A DNA stretch of 64,000 nucleotides from an uncultured Kriegella sp. (GTDB lineage: Bacteria > Bacteroidota > Bacteroidia > Flavobacteriales > Flavobacteriaceae), in assembly GCF_963975415.1 (NCBI RefSeq), contig NZ_CAXBGN010000011.1, forward strand, positions 67,410 through 131,409, given 5' to 3'. Positions 58,121-64,000 of this stretch are shown here, piece by piece. The notes below the pieces were generated by a model. The model saw nothing but the letters and a program-made list of their open reading frames with translations, did no database searches and was not told the DNA's origin. The translations under genes were made by a program, and so were the position numbers. The stretch's first letter is position 1; each line of letters begins with the position of its first letter.

Positions 58121-58819
58121 TCACGCATGGTTAAGCATTTTTTCAAGTTCTTCGCTCTTACCACGACTAATAGGAATCTCCTTTCCACCAATTTCGAGCA
58201 TGGTCGTACAAAATTGGTCTATCTTGGTTACGTTTACACAATACGACCTATGAATTCTTATGAATTTATCTTTAGGCAATTTTTTTAGAAACGATTTTAG
58301 GGTCGTGAGTACCAGTAGGTTTCCATCGTCGGTCACCAGCCGAATATAATCTCCAATAGTCTCAATAAAATTGATGTGATCGATTACCACTTTCTTTTTT
58401 TGCAGATTACTTTTGACATCGATACAAACCTTATCCACGATTTTATTGATCATTCTGTGCTTTGAAAGTGCTCGCCGTACGGCGTTATCAAAACGTCCTT
58501 TATCCAAAGGTTTCTTCAGATAGTCGGTAATCGCATAATCAAAGGCTTTCAAAGCATAATCACCTTTATTACAAACCAGAATGACCTGCGGGGGGTGCTT
58601 TAAGGCTTCCAAAAACTCGAATCCGTTCATCCGTGGCATTTCGACATCTAAAAATATAAGGTCGATATCTTTATGAGCCTCATTGTTCAAGGCCTCCACT
58701 GCATTTCGATATGTGGCCACCAAGGCCAGATCTGAATGACTATTTATCAGTCTAGAAATGGCATGGCGCGAAACCGTAGAGTCATCGATTACAATACATT
58801 TTAAAGTTATACTATTCAT
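58121..58819 (-). CDS. LytTR-family response regulator
   Basis: 232 aa with receiver (VIDDS, LIFLDVEMPRMNG, KP) and LytTR signature (FIRIHRSYCVN). Confidence 0.9.
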   Translation of the reverse strand: MNSITLKCIVIDDSTVSRHAISRLINSHSDLALVATYRNAVEALNNEAHKDIDLIFLDVEMPRMNGFEFLEALKHPPQVILVCNKGDYALKAFDYAITDYLKKPLDKGRFDNAVRRALSKHRMINKIVDKVCIDVKSNLQKKKVVIDHINFIETIGDYIRLVTDDGNLLVLTTLKSFLKKLPKDKFIRIHRSYCVNVTKIDQFCTTMLEIGGKEIPISRGKSEELEKMLNHA

Positions 58820-58886
58820 ATCATATTAGATTACAAAGTTTGATTTTTCAACCTATGAACTCAGTATTTGGTTTATGAAAATCAAT

Positions 58887-58929
58887 CAAAACTAACCTGA
58901 AAGTCCCTCATAAACAATGATAAAAGTCA
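58887..58929 (-). promoter_or_regulatory. TGAY-N4-RTCA box plus -7 element (LytTR regulator)
   Basis: TGATAAAAGTCA at 58918-58929 (centre 58923.5). On the minus strand, a perfect TAGTTTTG has its first T at 58894, offset 29.5 nt. Confidence 0.7.
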
Positions 58930-58993
58930 GGTTAAGCCAGTTTTCGCGGGGCCTTTTGCCATCATGTTATTTCTTGTGCAAAAATCGATGAGC

Positions 58994-59036
58994 TGATAAT
59001 TGTCATTTCATTGCTGCTTCTTTCCTGCTAACTTAG
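58994..59036 (+). promoter_or_regulatory. TGAY-N4-RTCA box plus -7 element (hsp20)
   Basis: TGATAATTGTCA at 58994-59005 (centre 58999.5). TAACTTAG at 59029-59036, offset 29.5 nt. Confidence 0.6.
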
Positions 59037-59078
59037 TTTCACTTATAAAGTAATTAGTAATCTTAAAACCCAACAGTT

Positions 59079-59519
59079 ATGTCATTAGTTAAATTTAACA
59101 GCAACCGATGGCCTTGGAATTATGGCCTTACTGATTTCATTGAACGCAATACTGCCTTTAATGACAATTTCTTCAATCTTGAAAAATCGTTGCCTGCAAT
59201 GAACGTCATGGAACACGATAACGATTTTGAAATCGAACTGGCTTCACCTGGTTTCGATAAAAAAGATTTTGAAATCACCCTTAAAGATGACATTTTGGAA
59301 GTGGCCGCCGAAAAAAAGGCGAACCACGAAGATAAAGAAGATGACTACACCCGAAAGGAGTTCAACTATCGCTCCTTCAGGCGTGCGTTACAGTTACCCA
59401 AAACAGTCGACGATTCAAAAGAAGTAAAAGCAACTTATGAAAACGGAATTCTAAAATTACACCTATTTAAAAAAGCGGAAGCTAAAAAAACGAACAAAAG
59501 AAAAATCGATGTTTTGTGA
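59079..59519 (+). CDS. Hsp20/alpha-crystallin family small heat-shock protein
   Basis: 146 aa with an alpha-crystallin domain pattern (PAMNVMEHDNDFEIELASPGF.KKDFEI, GILKLHL). Confidence 0.9.
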   Translation: MSLVKFNSNRWPWNYGLTDFIERNTAFNDNFFNLEKSLPAMNVMEHDNDFEIELASPGFDKKDFEITLKDDILEVAAEKKANHEDKEDDYTRKEFNYRSFRRALQLPKTVDDSKEVKATYENGILKLHLFKKAEAKKTNKRKIDVL

Positions 59520-59525
59520 TTTGAT

Positions 59526-59561
59526 AGTATGGCATACGGTCGTATGACCGTATGCCATACT
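59526..59561 (+). terminator. Strong hairpin downstream of hsp20 (terminator or processing/attenuation element)
   Basis: Perfect 14-bp stem AGTATGGCATACGG (59526-59539) / CCGTATGCCATACT (59548-59561) with an 8-nt loop. Only a weak T-tract follows (TTGTTT). Confidence 0.55.
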
Positions 59562-59612
59562 TGTTTACATCGCTAGTAGATATTCTTTTTCCTTAAAAGT
59601 CATAAAAGTAAA

Positions 59613-60050
59613 ATGGAAGCAACTGGAAAAAATTACGGTTATATCGAGTGGCTAAGCGCCGAAGAAATGCATGATACAACCTTGCAATGGATATCGGAAT
59701 TGAAATTCGTTCGCGATGAACAACAATTTTTGAACGATTTGGTAACTTCTTACACTCCACAATTGTTAGATCAAAAAGTTTTCGAGGAAAGCCAAGGAAT
59801 CACAAGAGCAATTTCGAAATCGGAAAAAGAAGCCATAAAATATCTACAAAGGGTCAAATCACATGAAAATCTTTTGGAAATCATGATCAACGATATCGAT
59901 GAACTAAAAATGGAAAAGGCCTATATCGAAACCCATTGGGAGCTGGTATCTGAAATTAAAAAGTATATGAACGATTACCGTGAATTGAAGTCGGCACTAT
60001 TTCATCTGGTCGCCAAAGTCAAAAAAATGAACAAACGCCTTTTGAAGTGA
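59613..60050 (+). CDS. Small helical protein, member 3 of the three-paralogue family
   Basis: 145 aa with the same conserved blocks as the genes at 48544 and 57660. Confidence 0.6.
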   Translation: MEATGKNYGYIEWLSAEEMHDTTLQWISELKFVRDEQQFLNDLVTSYTPQLLDQKVFEESQGITRAISKSEKEAIKYLQRVKSHENLLEIMINDIDELKMEKAYIETHWELVSEIKKYMNDYRELKSALFHLVAKVKKMNKRLLK

Positions 60051-60052
60051 AG

Positions 60053-60095
60053 TGACGGGCATCCGTAGATATAACTTCTAAAAAACCTATTTTTG
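60053..60095 (+). promoter_or_regulatory. One-mismatch TGAY-N4-RTCA box plus -7 element (lipoprotein 60132)
   Basis: TGACGGGCATCC at 60053-60064, with the last base C instead of A (centre 60058.5). Perfect TATTTTTG at 60088-60095, offset 29.5 nt. Confidence 0.45.
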
Positions 60096-60131
60096 TCAGG
60101 GTATTCTAAGAAGGAATGGAAAACTCAAATT

Positions 60132-60773
60132 ATGAAAAAATTACTTGCTTTTGCAATTCTTATCTTTAGTGGATGTTCTAACACTTCATTGGTCGAAAGC
60201 TGGAAAAACCCTGACAACGTTATTTTCACCGCCTATAAAGTATTGGTTGTTGGCATGACCTATGACGAAGACGTACGTGCCGACTTTGAAACCAAATTAA
60301 AAAAAGAATTTGACAAAAGAAATGTTGAAGCTATGCGTAGCGTCGATTTATTCGATGTTTCGTTTACCGATTCAAGAAAATCGGAAGAAGAGCTCGACGA
60401 TGTTGAACGTCAACTTCTTGATAAGGACTTCGACGCCATTCTTTTCACCAAAATCGTAGGCTCCGAAGACCGCAAAACGTTTTTGAAGAGTATTGCCGAA
60501 TGGGGTAAATACAAAGGTGATTTTAGTGACGATTACATGTCCCATCAAGACATTTATTATAATTCGAACTACTACGAACCATTTACCGTTTATCATGCCG
60601 AAACCTCTTTATATTGTATTTGCGAAGGCAAAGAGCGCTCTTTGGTCTGGCGTGGCAGTATAGATATCACCGACCCTGAAAATATTGAGAAAACAATCGA
60701 TAAATATGTAAAATTAGTGGTCATGGCCATGGAGGAACAAGACCTAATATTCCGTAAAGACAGTGGCCATTAG
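60132..60773 (+). CDS. Hypothetical lipoprotein
   Basis: The start at MKKLLAFAILIFSGC gives a lipobox. The track's earlier start at 60093 lies inside the predicted promoter. Confidence 0.6.
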   Translation: MKKLLAFAILIFSGCSNTSLVESWKNPDNVIFTAYKVLVVGMTYDEDVRADFETKLKKEFDKRNVEAMRSVDLFDVSFTDSRKSEEELDDVERQLLDKDFDAILFTKIVGSEDRKTFLKSIAEWGKYKGDFSDDYMSHQDIYYNSNYYEPFTVYHAETSLYCICEGKERSLVWRGSIDITDPENIEKTIDKYVKLVVMAMEEQDLIFRKDSGH

Positions 60774-60804
60774 ATTGGGCACTAAAAAATGAAGCCCTCT
60801 TTTT

Positions 60805-61572
60805 TCATCTTTGGTGAAAGTGGGGGTTACTTTCCAAAGCTTTTTTTGTTGCAGCATAGCCCAATTCAAAAATGGCATCGATTCCGTATCTGCTGAAGGT
60901 ACCGAACTTTGTGAGTCCGTCGGGCTGTATCAACAAATCACATTCCGGAAACTTTTGTATCGATTCCGATGCCGCCTTGATCTTATAGGCGCGCTCCATA
61001 ACATTGTAAGAATGTTTTAAATCTGCAATCTTCAATTTCTGTAGAGGATTTACATAAACCCCAATAAGTGAATCGCATAGCGGCTTTAAGGGTTCTATAG
61101 GGAAATTGTTTAAAACGCCTCCATCGACATAATATGATTTGCCGATTTGAACCGGAGTAAAAACACCAGGAAAAGAAGCCGATGCTAAAACAGGATGGAT
61201 CAATGGTCCGGAATCAAAAATATGTAAAGTTCCCTTTTCAACATTCGTCGCGGTAACGAACAAGTGCTTTTTAAGAACCTTGAAATCATCCTCGGGAACA
61301 AATCTCTTAAAATCCGAATAGAATTTTTCGGTATCGATGAATCCCGGCTTTCCCAGGGCATATTTTTTAGCATGAAACAGGGGTATGCTCTTAAAAAAAT
61401 TCAATATTTCAGACCATTCGGCACCTGCGGCATACAATGCACCGACAATGGCCCCCGCACTCGTTCCTGAAACATGGGTCGGGAATATTCCGTTTTCTTC
61501 CAAGGCCTTAATAGCCCCAATGTGAGCCACTCCCCTCACGCCCCCTCCAGATAATACCAATCCTATAGTCAT
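60805..61572 (-). CDS. Patatin-like phospholipase
   Basis: 255 aa with an oxyanion GGGVRG, the nucleophile elbow GTSAG and a DGG motif (YVDGGVLNN). Confidence 0.9.
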   Translation of the reverse strand: MTIGLVLSGGGVRGVAHIGAIKALEENGIFPTHVSGTSAGAIVGALYAAGAEWSEILNFFKSIPLFHAKKYALGKPGFIDTEKFYSDFKRFVPEDDFKVLKKHLFVTATNVEKGTLHIFDSGPLIHPVLASASFPGVFTPVQIGKSYYVDGGVLNNFPIEPLKPLCDSLIGVYVNPLQKLKIADLKHSYNVMERAYKIKAASESIQKFPECDLLIQPDGLTKFGTFSRYGIDAIFELGYAATKKALESNPHFHQR

Positions 61573-61625
61573 ACCATGTTATCTTATTCTGAATTATTTT
61601 AATCAAAAGGCTACACTGGTTATCA

Positions 61626-62240
61626 TTATTTTTTGGCAATTATCTCAAAACTGGCCAACCCTCCATCGATAGTGGCCTTTTCCAAGGCCCCATCTTTATA
61701 GTAATAAATGTTCTCCTTTCCCTTTGAATTGATTTTTTTATAACCGTGATTTCCCAAGGGGATAATCGTATTGAATGTTCCATCTTGCTCTGAAAAACAA
61801 CTGCTGACATTTACAGGCTCTTCAAAATACAATAAAACGGTAGTAAAGTCGATAGGTTTTTGTAATACCTCTTTCTCCTTCCCGTTTTTAATCATCTGAT
61901 ACTCACTATTGCGCCATTCGGTAGAAGTTTCGGCATGTGGCCGGTCATTAATCATTATATTGACATCAGACTTTCTCAATTGACCATTTTCAAAAGAAAC
62001 ATCATAGGTATAATTCACGGTAATATTCCGAATGACCTTAGTCTTCACCGTCGTGGAACTGTGGTAATAATCTTGGGAATTTTTGTTGGTTTTGGTAGCC
62101 TTTAAGCTTCCGATAGTTTTCTCGTTCATAACGATATCGAAGTACAATGCGATATTCTCCGTATGCTTGACACCAGTCGTAAAAACTGCAAAATTTAATA
62201 GTATTAGCCGTATGATAAGATTCTGCAAATTCAATAACAA
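61626..62240 (-). CDS. Hypothetical secreted/anchored protein
   Basis: 204 aa with a hydrophobic N-terminus. No motif recognised. Confidence 0.45.
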   Translation of the reverse strand: MLLNLQNLIIRLILLNFAVFTTGVKHTENIALYFDIVMNEKTIGSLKATKTNKNSQDYYHSSTTVKTKVIRNITVNYTYDVSFENGQLRKSDVNIMINDRPHAETSTEWRNSEYQMIKNGKEKEVLQKPIDFTTVLLYFEEPVNVSSCFSEQDGTFNTIIPLGNHGYKKINSKGKENIYYYKDGALEKATIDGGLASFEIIAKK

Positions 62241-62295
62241 CTTTTAGGGTTTTAATCTGATTCAATAGCTTCATCGAAGCCCTTTAATTTACTCG

Positions 62296-62338
62296 CAAAG
62301 TACTATACTGATCAAGGAATAAACGATGATATGTGTCA
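62296..62338 (-). promoter_or_regulatory. TGAY-N4-RTCA box with an imperfect, off-by-one -7-like element (gene 62240)
   Basis: TGATATGTGTCA at 62327-62338. On the minus strand there is only TACTTTG (one spacer base short), offset 30.5 nt. Confidence 0.3.
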
Positions 62339-62401
62339 TACAAAGCTATACTATTAAAAGCTATTCCCATGGTTACATTGCACAAAATGAAGTTGAAAAA
62401 C

Positions 62402-62444
62402 TGACCGATGTCATATATTTTAGATAGAACAAGTTATAGTTTTG
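62402..62444 (+). promoter_or_regulatory. TGAY-N4-RTCA box plus -7 element (PNPOx-family gene)
   Basis: TGACCGATGTCA at 62402-62413 (centre 62407.5). Perfect TAGTTTTG at 62437-62444, offset 29.5 nt. Confidence 0.7.
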
Positions 62445-62466
62445 ATGACGAAATAAAGCGGGCACT

Positions 62467-62922
62467 ATGAGAAGAAATTTAGAGGAAAAAGAGAGTATTG
62501 AACTCCTTAAAAACAGTTACATCGGAAGTTTGGCCTATATAATGGGCGCTACCCCGTACATTGTACCTATCACCTACTATTATGATAGTGCTAACCATAC
62601 GATCACTGGTTATTCGGCTATCGGTCACAAGTTAGATGCCATGCGAAAAAACCCTTCAGTGGCCTTGGGCGTTAATCTAATTGATTCGGTAGCGAATTGG
62701 CAGTCTGTTCAAGTACATGGCACCTTCGAAGAGCTTGAAGGTATCGACGCAAAACAAACGTTGCACGAGTTTTCAGTGGGCGTAAAAGGCATCTTGAACC
62801 ATAACAAAAAAAACAAAGCCCGATTCATCAGTGAATTCTCGGCAAAAATTGAATCGGAAGCTCCCCCTGTTGTATTTCGTATCAAAATCGGAGATATCGT
62901 GGGAAAATTGCGCAAAAATTAG
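62467..62922 (+). CDS. Pyridoxamine 5'-phosphate oxidase-family (FMN-binding split-barrel, Nim-like) protein
   Basis: 151 aa with a split-barrel flavoprotein-like sequence (IGSLAYIMGATPYIVPITYYYD, WQSVQVHGTFEEL). Confidence 0.65.
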   Translation: MRRNLEEKESIELLKNSYIGSLAYIMGATPYIVPITYYYDSANHTITGYSAIGHKLDAMRKNPSVALGVNLIDSVANWQSVQVHGTFEELEGIDAKQTLHEFSVGVKGILNHNKKNKARFISEFSAKIESEAPPVVFRIKIGDIVGKLRKN

Positions 62923-63032
62923 AAAACAGTCAAAATCGAAGGTTCCATTTTACAATAATGTATACCCTGAACAGACCAGCATTAATCTTAAAAATCGATA
63001 AAAAGTTTGGTACACCGTATCTGTACTAAACT

Positions 63033-63067
63033 AACAGGGGGCCTATGCTTCCTGTTTCTGTTTTTTT
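63033..63067 (+). terminator. Possible rho-independent terminator
   Basis: AACAGG (63033-63038) / CCTGTT (63051-63056) stem, followed by TCTGTTTTTTT. Confidence 0.45.
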
Positions 63068-63125
63068 AGACCTGCGCCAAAACGGCACAAAAAACCATAA
63101 ATTTAGAGGAAGGAAACATATTCTT

Positions 63126-64000
63126 ATGAGCAAAGCATTATATATCGCCACTACCGAACCCAATAGTGGCAAATCGATCATTTCACTGGGAATGATGCAA
63201 CTACTATTGGGGAAAACCGCAAAAGTGGGCTATTTCAGGCCTATAATCGATGATTTTAAAGACGCTTCCATCGACAACCACATCAATACGGTGTTGACCC
63301 ATTTTGAGGTCGACCTTGAGTTCGAAGAAGCCTATGCCTATACTCGAAGTCAGGTCGTTCAACTTAAGAATTTGGACAAGGATGATGAAATTTTGAGCCA
63401 TATCATTCATACCTACAAGGCCATCGAAGAACGGTTCGATTTTGTTTTGGTGGAAGGAACCGACTTTTCGGGCGAAGGTGCCATCATCGAATGGGATATC
63501 AATGTGCTTATCGCAAAAAATCTAGGTATTCCTGCGGTTATAATTGCCAGTGGAACTGGCAAGACCTTGAACGAATTGGTCGGAAACCTATATATGGCCT
63601 ATGATTCTTTTAAGGAAAAAGGGGTCGAAGTTTTGATGGCCGTAGCCAATAAAGTGCAGCCTGAAAATGTAGACCTTGTAATTTCAGGACTCCAAAAAAA
63701 ATTGCCTGCCAAAATATTGATCGGAGTTATTCCATTAAATCAGGTGTTGGGAAGCCCAACCATAAAAGAAATTGCCAAAGAACTCGATGCTGAAGTACTG
63801 TTCGGTTCCGAATTTTTAAACAATCAGGTCGAGGCGTTCAGTGTAGGTGCCATGCAATTACGCAACTATATTACCCATTTAAAAAAAGACAGCTTGGTCA
63901 TCACTCCTGGCGATCGGGCCGATATTATTTTGGGTGCTTTACAGGCGAATATCTCTTCCAACTACCCCAATCTATCCGGTATCGTGCTTACGGGAGGACT
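63126..64000 (+). CDS. pta: Phosphate acetyltransferase, long form, N-terminal part (3' end outside window)
   Basis: This ORF is absent from the ORF track because it runs off the window. My translation from the ATG at 63126 is MSKALYIATTEPNSGKSIISLG...VITPGDRADIILGAL. That matches the Pta N-terminal P-loop-like/DRTGG region. Confidence 0.8.
   Translation, partial: MSKALYIATTEPNSGKSIISLGMMQLLLGKTAKVGYFRPIIDDFKDASIDNHINTVLTHFEVDLEFEEAYAYTRSQVVQLKNLDKDDEILSHIIHTYKAIEERFDFVLVEGTDFSGEGAIIEWDINVLIAKNLGIPAVIIASGTGKTLNELVGNLYMAYDSFKEKGVEVLMAVANKVQPENVDLVISGLQKKLPAKILIGVIPLNQVLGSPTIKEIAKELDAEVLFGSEFLNNQVEAFSVGAMQLRNYITHLKKDSLVITPGDRADIILGALQANISSNYPNLSGIVLTGG

Noticed and set aside
62038-62274. 78-aa ORF (MKLLNQ...) overlapping the 5' end of the 204-aa gene in another frame, which could indicate a frameshift.
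   Set aside because: The 204-aa ORF already has a plausible hydrophobic N-terminus. The 78-aa product is not signal-like and has no recognisable domain. There is no evidence for a frameshift.
63098-63105. TAAATTTA -7-like element upstream of pta, and a search for an operator upstream of pfkA.
   Set aside because: No palindrome of either family lies at the 29.5-nt offset. The pta and pfkA promoters therefore cannot be assigned to the regulon from sequence alone.
1-64000. Search for CRISPR arrays, tRNA/rRNA genes, IS elements, integrases, toxin-antitoxin or classical defence-system genes.
   Set aside because: None was recognised by eye. No spaced direct-repeat arrays, no transposase- or integrase-like ORFs, and no long terminal inverted repeats were seen.

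Overview
This 64-kb chromosomal segment reads as Bacteroidota, most likely a marine member of the Flavobacteriia. The basis is a SusC/SusD pair, a hybrid two-component regulator with AraC output, a sulfatase plus GH88, and TAnnTTTG-type -7 promoter boxes. I recognised no rRNA, tRNA, CRISPR array, transposase or integrase.

Layout:
1. 1-11.3 kb: SusC/SusD, a VCBS/ASPIC-UnbV protein and an HTCS regulator.
2. 12-24.3 kb: an envelope-polysaccharide locus. It holds a receiver-domain::GT2 fusion, a 1030-aa GT-C-like membrane protein, a lipoprotein, a membrane-anchored clan GH-A hydrolase, a GT4, a Wzx/PelG-like transporter and a TPR + beta-barrel outer-membrane protein.
3. 24.5-30.7 kb: a seven-gene phosphorelay operon (REC, H-NOX, PAS kinase, FIST, kinase, Hpt, LytTR regulator).
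4. 31-37 kb: sulfatase-PA14, GH88, rpiA, selO.
5. 37.1-43.1 kb: a heavy-metal RND efflux operon with a CzcA-CzcC fusion.
6. 43.3-64 kb: a stress/fermentation island. It holds six tandem-domain universal stress proteins, Hsp20, thioredoxin, DUF302, a PNPOx-family protein, pfkA, pckA, a ROK glucokinase, pta, a LytTR regulator and three paralogous small proteins of unknown function.

The strongest observations come directly from the sequence.
- **Phased operators.** Two families of palindromic operators, TGAY-N4-RTCA and TGTAAC-N4-GTTACA, each sit with their centre exactly 29.5 nt upstream of the first T of a -7 box. That is class II Crp/Fnr-like geometry. The first family ties the stress island into one regulon. 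The second links the czc operon to an HMA-like/c-type-heme operon. No Crp/Fnr-family gene lies in the window.
- **In-frame TAA.** A TAA interrupts a CXXCH heme motif.
- **Receiver::GT2 fusion.** The REC::GT2 + GT-C pair lies next to the H-NOX relay.

All functional calls are by-eye motif recognition. No database search was possible.
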